Source: Pocillopora damicornis (taxonomy: Eukaryota). Taken from it: DNA of 64,000 nt. The notes beneath the pieces are model-generated. The model worked only from the letters and a program-made list of their open reading frames with translations. It did not search any database and had not been told where the DNA came from. Position 1 is the stretch's first letter; each line of letters starts with the position of its first letter. This document shows positions 12,401 to 25,404 of the stretch, piece after piece. The stretch is taken from positions 124,001-188,000 of the forward strand of contig NW_020843670.1 in NCBI RefSeq assembly GCF_003704095.1, written 5' to 3'. The position numbers and the translations under genes are program-made.

Positions 12401-15400
12401 TTGATGCTTTAAGTTCATTCTTTCAGATTTGTATTTACAACAATGTAATACTATCTAGCATTATCATGTGCCTTTTTTAAAAAAGTGTACACACAAGTGC
12501 TGTACTAAGCTTTTCCAGAACTTCAATACTGTCTATGGCTGTAAGGCAGGTGTGCACTGACATTCATCCCAGTATTAATTACAGATAACTATGTTTCACT
12601 GACTGACTGACTTTAATTGTCTTTTATTAGCAAATAAATGTATTTTTAAATTTAATTTTAGTGATTTATTTTATTAATCAATATATTATAGTTACTTAAT
12701 ATATATTTTAATTTATTATTGGTTCTACATCATTTTGTACTCCCATTTTAGGCTGCTGTTGGATTTGAATATGAAGGCAAAACTGAGAAGCATGCTTCAC
12801 AACAGGGTGTGTATTCTTTAGTAAAATAAACCCTTCAGGGTGTTAGTATGTCAGCCAATAATGTCCGCAGTGAAAGATTGACTGAAAAATGAATATTTTG
12901 TATATGACATAAAGCAGCCAATAAAATTCCATAAATAGGTAGGTGATGAATAGGGATTTTAACTTTCAACAGATTGATTTGTCAGTCCAGCCTGCAATCC
13001 TATGCTTCATTGTCTGTTTCTAATAAATGATGTATTGAGGGGTGTTCACAAAGCTTACATCACATTAGGATTCATGTACCAGTATAATTCTCATCTTTGA
13101 CTGTATCACTGCTTATTTAGATTACTCTAAAGGATTTGGTGGTAAATATGGTGTTCAAAAGGACAGAGTTGACCAGGTACTTGACAGTGTTATTTTCATC
13201 TGGTAACTGTGCATGAAGTTACTGAATACTCCTTGAAGGAATGGAACAGTAGAAAGAAAGTTACTGAACAATACAAATAAACTCAGTAGATCTGCATATA
13301 ATATAGATTTCACTTCCTGGATAGATTCTAAGTTATGTAGTAAAAACAATAGAAGACCAGTCAATTTGTCTGTGAATACATGGACAGTTGTTGTGTACTG
13401 TATAATTATACACTCAGCAATTCTGGTGGTAACCTTCCCTGTGTTCTGTTCTACACTTTAAAACTCACAAAACCACAAACACTTCAACATTTTTCTTTAT
13501 TTTTATTTATTTATTTCTAACCACAAACACTTAAACATCTTTCTTTATTTCTTTACCAAGCTCAAAACTTACCATCTCTCCTATTTTCATCTATAAACAT
13601 TACGCTATCAACATTGCTGATCCTAACCGTATGCAGGATGCATGTCATATGAACTTGTTAATAGACCTCGCTCACTGCGGAGTCTGTGGCCTAGTGGTAG
13701 AGCATCGGAGTGTGGAATCTGAAGGTCTGAGGTTTCTCATGGGGATTCCTCATGGAGACTCAGAATTTTTTCTTTGTCCCATGCTTGTGAAATGACAAAA
13801 AACATCTTTCTTTACTTGAAATACATGTTGGGAACTGATCATGCTGAATATAAGGATACACAAGAAAACATTAACTTCCAAAAATTGTTTCAAAATGTAG
13901 CAGTAATTGAGATGCAACCTCTGAGTCTCTTTTATTTAAAATGAATGGTGTACTCTTCTTAATATTTCAACTTCTACTTTCTGATTAGTACTGGTTTCTC
14001 ATGTGCGTGCATTTAATTTCCTTATTAAGTTTTAAAATTAACAGCAATTTAATGTAAGTTCATATATTCTTATGAGAGTTTATTTCTTCACCCTGCTCAC
14101 ATGGCAGGCAGCAGTTGGCTATGACTATGAAGGCAAAACTGCAGCACATGTTTCCACAAAAGGTTTGTCACATCATTTTTGTTAAAAAAAATGTTTTATG
14201 TCATTAGGAGAAAGACGTTGTCTATGTTTTGCAAGGGTTTAATAATGAATGAGACAGTATAAATTTATAATTTTAAAGTTTCCTTTGTTTCATGGTTATG
14301 AACAAAATGTATTGTAAATTTTCATTTTTTCCTTCATGTAGATCACTCCAAAGGATTTGGTGGCAAGTATGGAGTCCAAAAAGACAGAGTTGATAAGGTG
14401 AGCAAAACTGCAAATGAATGTACACATACATGGCCGACAGTCTGCGACCTGTTGGCAACCTTTCGGTAACCTGGTGGTGGGTTGTAAACTGAAATGATCC
14501 TAAACATTTACCTATCGACTGCTTCTAAAACTACATGGAAAAGGGGAAAAGTCGTTTCAAAAAGATACCTTGCTTTGTACTCTCAAATTAGCTACTGCGG
14601 CTTTTGCCCACTTTTTTGCATTGGTTAGTGAAACTTTCCCAAACTGGTTCAATTTCATTTATCCACCATATTGAAAAGTTTTTCTAGTTCCCAATCCCTA
14701 AATGCACTGCCTCTGAAACCCTTTTAAGAAAGTCTTTATTTGGTTAGAACTATTTGACCTGTTAGTTCATTCACTTGCAAAATGTAGAAAAGGAGCCATT
14801 TTGTGTACATACCAGGATATAAGAAATAGGTGTTTTGGTACTTACAGTTGGGAGATGGGTTAAACAAGGTTATTTTACCATTTAAATAGAATCAAGCAGA
14901 TAGGTACAAACTATGCGATTGACATGTGTTTCTATTTACTGTTTTTGACTGGAAAAGTTTGAACTCTGTTTTCAGTTAATTTTTGGTCTACTTAACACTG
15001 TCGGCTGACTGTCGGTAATGTGTTGATATTGCATTGGTAACCTGTCAGCCAACAGTTGACCGACAGGTTACCAACAGTCGAAAATGGGAACCATTGTTCA
15101 CTATAACTGACAATAAACCATGAGAACTGTTTCCTTCTTCAGGCAGCTGTTGGTTTTGATTATGAAGGGAAAACAGAAGCACATGCTTCACAGAAAGGTA
15201 CCTCATTCTACATAGTATAATTATTTTCAACCAAACTTGAAAATATTCTACCTTGTACTGTACACTATAAATAAGAAAAAAATATTGTTTCTAGTTTTCT
15301 TGTTTTTGAAGAACTTTTTGTGCATTAATTTTGTAAAAATAAATTTCTCACCAACAGTAGATGAAGCCATATTTTAAGCCTCAATTGGTGGTGATGCCTG

Positions 15401-18400
15401 TGAGATGTCATGTTTTGTTTGGTTTTTTTTTTTTGTTATTTTTTCTCATTAGATCATTCCAAAGGGTTTGGTGGAAAGTATGGAGTCCAGAAGGACAGAG
15501 TAGACAAGGTACAGTGTTTATCAAAATTATGATAACTGTTAAGCAATTCTAAGTGCATATATGATGACTAGACAGGAATGAGGCCTTTTCCAGAAAGGCA
15601 GAGGTGTAGTTTAAAGCAATTGTTGGCTCAAAGGAGGGGAAATCTTTTTTCTCCATGGGGTTGCTTCATAAATTATAATTGATTTTATAATAATTTATTA
15701 TTAATAGTATGTCCAGCATTCTTAATAGTAAGTTAATTCAGCTTTCTTAATCTTAAGTGAATTTACAGATACTTGACACTTTGAAAATTCTATTCTATGG
15801 GGGTATTTTGTTAGTAATGGTGGGTGTGGAGGAAACTACTACAAAACATTAGTCTGTATGTACCTCTGCCCATGAATTGCCACATGTTATAGTGAACCTA
15901 CTCTGCATTGTGAGGCAGAACCCAAAATTGCAACCACCTTAAGGCTAAATAACACAATTGAAAACTTTGTGTAATGCAAACAGGGTATTTAAGGTTTACC
16001 TAATCTTTGGACACCAGCTGCAGCAGTTGATGTAAACTATATAAAAATGAATGTTCTAATTAAAGAATAAGAATTTTGAACTTAAAAAAGGAGTTTTTAC
16101 CTTTTAGAGAATCTAGTTTTGAGAAAAAAAATGGATACTAAGATATCCAGAAGCATATATAGTCATGAGTATGTTCATGGGTTTATTGGACACCTGGGTG
16201 CATATCAGCAAGTTTGGTTCACCATCCACTACTTTGAAAGTCAAGAGCCAGGAGCCAAGCAAGCAGAACACCAGATTCATACCAGATCAGAGAGGAGTTG
16301 AGCATCGTCAGTTTGTGTTTCATTGACTATCCATTTCAAAATCAAGTGAAACAAGCATGTCCTATTAAAATGGGGTGATAATATGGAAGCAAGTTTTTAA
16401 ACTTTGAAGAAGCTGAAGGAATTTTTAAGCCAAATTCTGTTGGGAGACAAGTCAATCCTTGACAAGTTTGAAACTTTGTCTGCATCTTGTGTAAGTGAAA
16501 CAGAGCAATTTCTGTTTACAAATGTCAATATTTGTCTGGTGGTGTTGAAGTTTGAGCCAGTGGCCAACAGATAGAGAGATAAAAGTTTGGAGGAAGGGCA
16601 GGCAGTTGCTGAAACTCTTAGTAATGTTGAGGCAGTCAGGTTTGCTGTTTTTTTTTAGGTCAGTAATTGGTTTGTAGAGGAATGTTTTTAGCCTCTGACA
16701 GTGCTGTACATGTACAGTACATGTTTGCTCCATGGAAGTCAACTTTGAAGTGAAAAGGAACTTCCATGAGCATCTAACTAAAATGAATGCTGCCAGGAAA
16801 GAGAGGAATGAGATCCTTTTTGAATTAAGGAATTAAAAGGAATGGGTTGTGATATGCAGCATGTTCCATTGTATACTCAGTATTTCTAGTAAGAATACTG
16901 TTGCATCTAGGCTTGATTTCCATCGCTCTTTTGTGTATGGTATCTGTTCCTTCCTGAGGGTTCAAGGGTAGGAGGGTAGGCTCATATTCCTGAACAGTGG
17001 CTGGTAATCGAGCCTATGTTGTGTCCATAACCTTGGAGGAAACTCAGCAATAGATAAGCCAGCCCAATGAAATGGAATTTAGAGTAGTTAGAAGCCATGT
17101 AGTATGGTTGATTTAAAGTGCAAATGACATCATTTAGTCAACTGTATGTTGATGACACTCACTGTGGTTAAGCAGTTGAAATACTGATAGTGTGTTGTAG
17201 TAGACCTCATTCAAAGACAATCATTTCAGATTCTTCTACATCAAGGACATAGCAATCCCCCCTCTCTCTCTGTTTTCATCAACATGATATTATTAATAAG
17301 AGGTTATCTAAAACCATGTCTTTGTTGAGAAGAGCAAAGTGCAATATACAGTGATGGATGAAATTGCCAAGTGACTCTATCATACCCAGTGACCTAAAAT
17401 TATGGCTATAGTTAGCAATTAACAATGTTTGTCCTGGAAAAAGTATATTCACCATGTTACATTTACATGTGAATGGCAGTGAACTACAAAATAGGAAGGA
17501 GTTGACTTTGAAACAACAATAAAGTAGTGTGGAGGGCATACATTTAACATAAAGAGATGAACCACGAAGCAAGTTGCACAGGGACAAGACCAAGAGTTGT
17601 ACAGGGCAACCTGAAGAAAAAGTTACCTTAAAGTTATTTTAAATCTACATCGTAATTCTTAATCAACCAGATACATTGCACGTTTCATCCAGCTTTAACC
17701 TAACCTGCTGTTTGCATCAAGTTTTGTTATACTTAGAGAACAACAACCAATAAAAGATAAAATAAAATATCACAAGTTCACCATCTACTCAAAAAAACAA
17801 ATAATTTCTGTTGCATTTCCTTAAAATATTGAAAAATGGAATAATGATACCATAGATAGATAAATAGGAAAACAGACTTAGAAATAGGTTGTTACACTTT
17901 AGTTAGTTAGACAAACATACTTAGGTACATGTTGGTATATAACTAAGTACTTTAAATTTAGAGTTTTATTGATATAAAATTTGTTTTATCCCCAAACAGC
18001 CTGAAGCTGAATGAACCAGCTGGAGGAGCAAGGAACAGCCTCTGAGTTTTTTCTCTTCACACCTTCCAATCAAATCATATTTTCTTTTAGTTTTTAGATG
18101 TGATTGTAACTTGTACAGGAATTGATATTGCCTATTAAAACTGATTTAACAAAATGACTTCATGAAGTGGAAGTTCATTCTAATTGTCATTGTGTTTGTA
18201 ATCTTTTGATTGTCACGAAATCAAATGTAGCTTGATAAAAAAGGAAAACATGTTTCTAAAAGTGTTTTTGTTTCCATTTAATTATAAGTGATTTAATTTA
18301 TATTTTAACTGGCAATTGCCTTGATCATGTTAAAATTGCGCCCATTTTTCTTGTGTTTCTAATTGTTTAGCTTTGAGAAAGTAAGTGGTATAAAATTTTG

Positions 18401-21400
18401 TATGGCTTCATACCAACTTTTGCAACAAGACGAAAAAGGACTCTTAAATATCTTGATTTAGTCTTTGTGAGACGACATATGCATCATTTTCCCTAGCATT
18501 CCCTAACAATATTCTAAGCCTTCATTGGTATAGTAAGATTGTCAAAAAATCAAGAGCACAAATTTGATAATTTTAGACATTGCCTTATTGTCTGATTTAA
18601 CACTGTTAAAACTAATGTAGAATGGTCACTTGATAAACCTAATGAATATGGTGTAATTGAAGATATTTTTTCTTCTCAAATGATCTGACACCTGTGTCCC
18701 TATGACTCAGATAACTTCTGTTTATTTAGTACTTTTAGATTTGAGTTCTTCATGGACTTTTAGGTGCTATTTGAAACTTAAGCATGATGCAAAAAATTAA
18801 TATAACATTTTTTATGATGACAATTTTTTGTTCTTTTAATCTCTCCTCAGGCAGCTGTTGGCTTTGAATACCAAGGAAAGACAGAAGAACATGCTTCACA
18901 AAAAGGTGTGTTTTAATTTTTTTTAAAATCTCACCTTTAAGGGCTTTCACCTTATCAAAGGTATTTTCTCTTGACAGAGGTGAATTCTTCTTTGTTGCAA
19001 AACAATTCTCAACATACACATGTACACATGTACCTTTAAAAATGGCTCTTAATCAGTGATGCAACTTTGATGGCAATTTGTGACTAGCTTGTAGGAAGCA
19101 GTGTGTCTAATCACTATTTTTTTTTTTTTCAGATCATTCAAAAGGCTTTGGAGGAAAATATGGAGTACAAACAGACAGAGTTGACAAGGTCAATTTACTA
19201 AACATTTTTCTTTTAGAATGAAAATCCACTTTAATTTACACCAGATTTAGTACCTTACATGTTTATTTTATTTCCTCAGTCTGCTATGGGCTTTGAATAC
19301 CAAGGCAAAACTGAGGAACATGCCTCTCAGAAAGGTTAGTCATAGTCTTGCTTCTGCCTTTATGAGGCATTACGTACATGTAGAAGTGTTTTCAAGTCAA
19401 GAATAAATAGAGCAATTTTCAATAAAGTATCTTCGCTCTTCGCTCTGTGATCAGTCTAGAAACCCCATGCTACTCTCTTAACCAATCAGATGTAAAACTA
19501 AAACCAATCACGACTTGGTCGGCCGCACTTTCCCACGCTTTAGGTTGTTTGGTTGTTCTTACTTTGAGCTCGCATTGCCTCTTAAAGATATTTTACTCTC
19601 TTCTGACTGGCCATTGTGATTACTTTGAGTATGGTTTTACGACACTCTGTCATAAAGTGCTCTAATAAGCAAATCATATGAGCAGACTATTTAGGTCGAA
19701 GTTCGGCACAACAACTACGTGTTGCTTAATAACCCCTTGACACTCAAGATCTAAATATTTACTTCCCATCTTGTCTGCCATGCATGTCGTGTTACTCTAG
19801 ACCTGAGAATTTGGTGTGAAATTAAATGTTGTTCCCAGTGGTTATTTTAGTACTCTTCGTCACCTTTCTGCTTGAAAATCTACCGATTGTTTGGAGGAAT
19901 TACTTTTAGTCACCCCGGGGATTGAAAAGGTGAATGCATTTGTACCTTAGTGCCGCTACACGTGAAGTTCTCCCCCATGGGTCACCTGAGACTTTGTCTT
20001 TACACTAACTAAAACAATCCTCCCTGGTATTAAAACTTCTTTAGATGGTCACCTCTTTGCAACAGCTTTGTATTTGTATGCCCACAAGTGGTGAACGAAG
20101 GGAAGTTTAACTACTTTGTTTTCCATGAACACAGCTAATTTCCCTTCCACTGTACTTCAGATCACTCTAAAGGTTTCGGTGGTAAATTTGGTGTCCAGAC
20201 TGATAGACAAGATGCAGTAAGTGTGATCAATGAATACTGATACGTTCGTTTTCCTTGAATATTTCCAACATCCTAGCTCAGCTTTACTGTTTGAAACTGT
20301 CTCGCTCCATCCCTAAACACAGAAGTTAGTTTGAAGTTTTTCAGAGGAGTAACGCGATCTTACAGATAAGCAAAACTTTTTGCAAGTGACCTGTGCTAAT
20401 TTATATCTTTACTCTTCAGTCTGCTGGAGGTTTTGATGAAATGCAAGAAGTAAAATCAACTTACCAGACAGCAAAACCACGTGCAGGTTGATTCTGTTTA
20501 CAAGGCTTTGTCTTAGAAACTTTAAACTAGCTAAGCATACTTTGATTTTCAAAAATACGATCAATTCAGGTGTGTGAACTTTAACTCCCTACTCAAGTCC
20601 AAAATAATTCACCCAGGTTTAGTGGCACCCACTTGTCCACAGAGTAAAGCCCCTGACAAGGTCCCCTTACATTATGGGAAATACATTAGCCATATAAGAA
20701 CCGCCCCTCTTCTTTTTGGGGAATGGAGACATGAACTAAAAACACGAAGAATTTTTGCTGTATCGTTGTTTATCCAAACATTTATTTATTTTTTTTTTTT
20801 GGGGGGGGGAGGGGAAGGGAACAGCCATGGCAAAAAATATGTTTTAGTGGTTTTTACTCTTCCCCCTTTCAAGAATAATCATGGCGATGGTTGACTCTTA
20901 AAGCTTTCAGATTATCCAATTTTATTTCTTTGTGAAAGCCAAAGCCAGAGAGAATTCTTCCGTCCTACTGAAAAAGTATTCGTTCAAATAAACTCCATCC
21001 TGTTCAGAAAATATATGAATGGGGAAAACCGCAATCGCGATAAAGCTGGAGCAGAAAAGATATGACCACTGTCCCAATTATGGGCCCGTTTGTTTTTTTT
21101 GTTTGTTTTTGTTTCGATATATGATTCAATATTTGCATTCGACAGGGTCTGGAGCAGCAGGCAACTTGAAATCAAAGTTTGAGAACTTAGCCCGAGAGCA
21201 AGAGGAGGTCTGTTGACGATAACCGTACTAAAGAACTGTTACGTTTTTTTGTCATTTTGAGTTCCTTTGAATTATTTTCCGTTTCCTCAAAATGCCAATA
21301 ATTTTTCTATTACAGGAAAACAAGAGACGAGCAGAAGAAGAGAGAGCTCGGCGACAGGCGAGAGAACAAAGAGAGAAAGAGATCAACGAAAAAAGGCATG

Positions 21401-22808
21401 CAGAGGTAATCAACCAAGCTTTATTTCGACTTTGGGTACATGTGGCAAAGTGGCTAACTATATGAGTCTGACTTTAGATCTGATCGTAGATTTGAAAACC
21501 AACAAAGGGCGAATGTAATCGTAGTCCTCCATTAGGATTCTACAGTAACTCCTCGGAGGTTGTGGCATGTAGCTACCAACTGTGCTAAAGAGAACTGGCC
21601 GTCGAGCAATGCTCTCATGCGGCGAGTGTACAATATTATGATTCGTGTTACATGTATGTTGTCATTTTCAGCAAGAGGCACGCGACAAAGAGGAGGCTGA
21701 GGAAGAAGCCCGTCGTCAGGCAGAGGAGGAAGCCCGTCGTCAGGCAGAGGAGGAAGCCCGTCGTCAGGCGGAGGAGGAAGCCCAACGTCAGGCCGAGGAA
21801 GAAGCTTGGCGAGAGGAAGAAGCGGCCAGGCAACAACAAGAAGCTGAAGCACAGCAAGAGTATGAAGAAACCGAAGCTGAAGCGACCTATGAAGAGACAG
21901 GGGAACCAAGATATGAATCAGAACCTACAGATTTCTACGAAGAAGTTACCCAAGAACAGCAAACAACACAGGGAGAGGTACAAGGAAACATAGATACCAC
22001 AGCTAAAAGTATAGTTTACCCCTACAGTTTGCACTGTTCAGCCAAAGGTGGCTCAATGGAAGAGGAATTGATCACATAGTTGGTGCAAATTTCGGAAAAG
22101 CGCAAAGTTACGAGAACCTGTAGTTTGATAATACCCGAGTGAATGCGGCCGTAAAAGGGACTATTGTTAGTTGCGAGTGTTTTCAGTACTATTACCACCC
22201 AGCCGGTTACAATTAAGGAGTGACAGAACTCGCGTTGTTCCCACATCCACTATTAGCGTAATATTTCTTTTTGTACTCGTTGAAGGTTAGCGAAGGAGGC
22301 GAAGGAAAGAATGCGACAGCTCTGTACGATTATCAAGCAAGTAAGTTTTTCTATCTGAGATATTATTACTTTTTCTCGCCACACAAGGGAGCACTTTGCC
22401 AAGCTCTGAAATGCACAATTCCTAAATCTCAGTGAAATGTTCACCTTTTTCGGCAACTTGTGCAAAGCGAAATTTGAAGCTAATTAGAATTTGGCATGAA
22501 TAGCATTTAAAGTTAGTAGCTGAACTCTTGGTCGTTTAAATGGTTACCTTAGTGCAGTGCTCTTCTGTTCAATGTCTTTCTCCTCACTAAGCTGTCTGCA
22601 ACTTACAAGATTTTCCATTCTGCAAACCGTCTGGACTTAAGACACCGCCATTAACTCCCACAATTCATTTCTAGCTGCTGAGGATGAGATATCATTTGAC
22701 CCTGGTGACGTCATCACTGACATTGAGGAAGTGGATGAAGGATGGTGGATGGGAACATGTAACGGAAGTCGGGGACTGTTTCCGTCCAATTATGTAGAAA
22801 TGAATTAA
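6493..22808 (+). CDS. CTTN: Cortactin (Src substrate; cortactin/HS1 family), ~555 aa; exons 6493-6576, 7231-7304, 9136-9188, 9489-9504, 10127-10187, 10512-10566, 12344-12399, 12752-12806, 13121-13176, 14108-14162, 14342-14397, 15143-15197, 15453-15508, 18851-18905, 19133-19188, 19280-19334, 20161-20216, 20420-20486, 21146-21207, 21316-21405, 21672-21977, 22286-22340, 22675-22808
   Basis: N-terminal acidic domain MWRAG...[31 protein letters not shown] with the DDW Arp2/3-binding motif; about 6.5 37-aa repeats ([36 protein letters not shown]); helical [10 protein letters not shown]...[14 protein letters not shown]; C-terminal SH3 [53 protein letters not shown]. All exon phases are compatible; total 1668 nt. 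Confidence 0.96.
8548..8762. repeat. Fragment of a tRNA-related dispersed repeat with an exact 44-bp internal tandem duplication
   Basis: TATGAAAGTCATATAATTATGTGAACTGCGCATAAAGACGTGCA twice (8551, 8595); the caggcctgaatttttt..agtagtgttcattactgc..agattgctttcatattc segment matches the 26475-26930 element. Confidence 0.7.
9505..10126 (+). other. U12-type (minor spliceosome) GT-AG intron in cortactin
   Basis: Donor GTATCCTTT (consensus RTATCCTTT); branch site TTCCTTGAC at 10107-10115 (consensus TTCCTTRAC) with the A 12 nt before the terminal G; no polypyrimidine tract (TAATGGAATAG); phase 2; splicing restores [12 protein letters not shown]. Confidence 0.88.
9684..9960 (+). mobile_element. tRNA-derived SINE-like element inside the U12 intron
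   Basis: tRNA-like head (B-box-like GTTTCAAGCCC) followed by TTGTGTTCTTGGGCTAAACATTCTAC...CTCTCCACCCAGGAGTATAAATGG, a central block typical of invertebrate SINE cores. Family assignment is from recall. Confidence 0.6.
10948..12086. mobile_element. Non-autonomous foldback DNA transposon, ~1.14 kb, ~450-bp TIRs, 8(-9)-bp TSD
   Basis: Left arm GTCAAGTCGCCGACGGTTCAACTCGCCAACGCCAACTC...CAATCCAGTACAACTTATTA is the reverse complement of the right arm (to 12086); similarity runs over about 10948-11400 vs 11620-12086; TTTTAAAG on both sides (10940-10947, 12087-12094). Long TIRs with an 8-9-bp TSD fit Mutator-like or foldback elements. Confidence 0.85.
13470..13813 (+). repeat. Dispersed repeat with tRNA-like segment and direct terminal repeat (AAACATCTTTCTTTA)
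   Basis: A-box-like TGGCCTAGTGGTAGAGCA at about 13687, degenerate B-box (gattcct); AAACATCTTTCTTTA at both about 13533 and 13800; 5' end locally duplicated (AACCACAAACACTT twice). Confidence 0.55.
14428..15110. repeat. Decayed element with CCGACAG/CTGTCGG/GGTAACC subterminal motifs
   Basis: Clusters of short GC-rich motifs (ccgacagt, ggtaacctg, ctgtcgg, ccaacagt) at both ends of this cortactin intron, typical of MITE subterminal repeats. Ends not defined. Confidence 0.4.
16150..16850 (-). mobile_element. Highly decayed non-LTR retrotransposon (CR1/L2-like RT C-terminus) fragment
   Basis: Minus-strand frames give LPWSKHV..., [36 protein letters not shown] and [17 protein letters not shown], in the order of LINE RT tail motifs (LSWxxH, KAxxxLxxxxRxF, PxxxxxIxxLE, LxxRRxxxDLxxxYK). 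Many stops and frameshifts. Confidence 0.4.
19408..19664. mobile_element. Small MITE with TAGAGC...GCTCTA ends
   Basis: TAGAGCAATTTTCAAT... and ...GACACTCTGTCATAAAGTGCTCTA; a related left end TAGAGCGCTTTTCGATTGAGTG occurs at about 4740. Confidence 0.5.
19730..19934. mobile_element. Third decayed copy of the CCC...GGG ~200-bp MITE
   Basis: taaCCCCTTGACACTCAAGATC...TGAGAATTTGGT...GGGATTGAAAAGGtgaa shares CTCAAGATC and TGAGAATTTGGT with 313-510. Confidence 0.5.
21696..21812 (+). repeat. Coding 24-nt tandem repeat (AEEEARRQ)x4.9 in cortactin
   Basis: GCAGAGGAGGAAGCCCGTCGTCAG-type units at 21696, 21720, 21744, 21768 and a partial unit at 21792. Confidence 0.92.
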
Positions 22809-24860
22809 TGAACTCCGTCGCTCCGAAACACTGATTCTGTACGCAAGAAGAGTAATCCAGAACAGTATAACTTTCATTGGCGGTGATTTTTGCTACGAAA
22901 CTGAATTAGGATTTCTTAAAATAACAAAAATGTGAAAGTTAAAGCGATTACTGGCATACTTTATGGTAGACGGCTACAGATGACTGAATTTTTGAGCTTA
23001 AGTTTTTTAAAGCAGTTCTACAGAATATTGAAGATCCCTTGACTACACCGCAACAAATGTCTGCAGTCATTTTCGTGAATTGTTAATTCACCGGTATTAC
23101 GATGAGCATTTTTTCACTGTCTAATTATTTTTTTATCGCTGAGCAACACGAATCCTAATGTTAAAATAATTACAAAATAATTTTCACTTAGCATATTGTA
23201 CATCTCGTCCATAGATGGGCAATGAAGTAATGATAAAAAAAAAGAAAATCGTCGGTGTTTTAAACCGCGCAAAACGATATCCTCATCATAGCACTATTTT
23301 GACTCCAATTGAAACCTCGTCCGTTACTGGAAGTACCAATTTTCGACATGTTTTTGCGGTGAAGTTGAAATCTTTTGTAATTCCCAAAAGTTTTATTAGT
23401 AAAAGAAAAGATCTTGCTTCACTTGTTGTGGTGTTTCATGCACATGAAGCCGGTCTGCTTATTCATTTCAGTTTTATATCATTTACATTTCTTCACACAA
23501 AGTAGAATCTAGCGTTTTGATGTTGTTTGCTTTTCTTTTGTGGTCTCTATTTTTCTGTGAAATCTATTATCATTCAATTTTCAAACCGTGTGTTGGTAGT
23601 GGTGGTGGTGGTGGAGTTTGGGAGGGGGGGAAGGGGTTACGTTGCTCTTGTGTTACGTCATCTGCGTTCAGAATTGAAATGTTTCAGTGATAAAACGTCC
23701 GGTACTGTTTTATTTCAAGGGGTGCCAGACTGGGAGGGGGGAAAGGGGGTTAGTGTTGGTGGAACTTGTCAGAGAGGGGAGGTTTATCAAAAGCTCATTC
23801 AAGATAAAAGATGTGTCCGTGTTTTTCTTTTGAAGTGTGGCACTGCCTTGATAAATATAGAATTGGATATACATTTCCTAGATAATCATAGTGGATTCGA
23901 ATTCAGGCTTCTCTAAACAGACGGTACATTCGAACGCTATCTGTTGTAGACTAAATAGATATGATGGTGCGGTAAAAGCATTTACATACCACTATGCAGG
24001 AATAATACTAGGAATACGACTTTCTTTCGTTGGAAAGAGCGTAAATTTATTTGCTGGATTTTGAGTTAACATTGCCCTTTTCCTTTTCTTTCAAAAGGCT
24101 TGTCGGTGTTTTTCTCAATAATCTATGTATATCACGCCACACACCCACTTGCTTCTGTTGGATAGATGTCACACGGTATGGCTTTTTGTATTGCTCCGTC
24201 ATACTAGGATTGGTCCGTTACTCGGTGGCTCGGCAATTTCTTTCGACTTGCGGAAACCTGAGCGCAAACATTTTACTATTTTCTTTTCTCCAAGTACTTT
24301 TCTGGGAAAGGTTTCCGTGTAACCCCAATCAATTGAGGTTTTTCTTTTGTTACCCAAGAACTGTTTCCCTTGTTAAGTGTGGGGTCATACGGAAATCCTT
24401 TCGCTTTTTGCTTGAAGCTATAAAAACGTAAAACGATCTTCATGCTGCCAAACCAAATTAAAGCAGAGGCTTCTGACTTTGTGAGATGCAAGGGGCGATG
24501 AATCAAATATGAGTTGAAATGAAAGAAAGAGGGTCGCAATTAAAGACAGTCCTACCTTATTGTGATTCAAAATGGGGGAAATAATTGGTAAGGTGGTGTT
24601 GTTAAACTTCTATCAGGCGGTGATTAGAAAGTTGTTCTTATACTCAGTGCTAGATGATATCATCCTCGAAGTGAGTTCTCAGCGTGTAGCTCTCAAGTAA
24701 TTAAAAACCTCTCGATTGAGCACAAGTTTAGGAAATTGGTTCAAATACAGCTTGTTTTTGTGCTAAAAATCAAAGTTCTTTACAGATAAGTGAAGAAAAC
24801 GTAAGAAGGAAAAAAACAGACGCAAAGCCATACACCGGCTAAACAGAGACGAATGGACTA

Positions 24861-25404
24861 CAGTTGAACCCCGATAACTCGAACCCTCGGTAACTCGAAT
24901 TCCCCGCTAGCTCGAAACAAAACTGATTTCCCCTGGATTTGCCTCGCATATTTACTGTAATTTTAACTCTATAACTTAAAACCCCGCTAACTCGAAGCGA
25001 TCTTTACTCCCCTTCAGGTACTTGTCTCAATAATTTTACCCTCGATTTTCACTTTTGCGAATTAATGAGCCCGCATAATATCAGTTTGCACCGGAAGATC
25101 ACATTTAATCTCATTTATATATTATGACAAATTGACCTTTGTCGACATCACACGTTAAAGTGAGATTTAGCGCTAAACATTCTGAAAAGCAGCTATTTTA
25201 AAGTACTAGTGGTTTTCATGCTTTTTTTGTTTTGTTTTGTTTTGTCGTTTTTATACTTTTACATTGCTAGAAATCTTACACTGAAACATGTAGAAGCATA
25301 AAACCTCTTTAATCAAGTGTTTCTGGTTTTATTGTTTAAACCCCTGTAGCTCGAAACCCCGATATCAATTTTCCTTGACAATTCGAGTTACCGGGGTTCA
25401 ACTG
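24861..25404. mobile_element. Tc1/mariner-pogo-type MITE (544 bp)
   Basis: TIRs CAGTTGAACCCCGATAACTCGAA / TTCGAGTTACCGGGGTTCAACTG (22/23 match); TA on the left, CA on the right (mutated TA TSD); internal repeats of TAACTCGAA. Confidence 0.82.

Noticed and set aside
21532-21993. Pro-rich minus-strand ORF (PLPDDGL repeats) and Arg-rich alternative-frame ORF
   Set aside because: Shadow frames of the 24-nt coding repeat in cortactin.
23215-24539. ORFs of 65-129 aa downstream of cortactin
   Set aside because: Low-complexity, Phe/Val/Gly-rich translations typical of 3' UTR or intergenic DNA; no splice or motif support.
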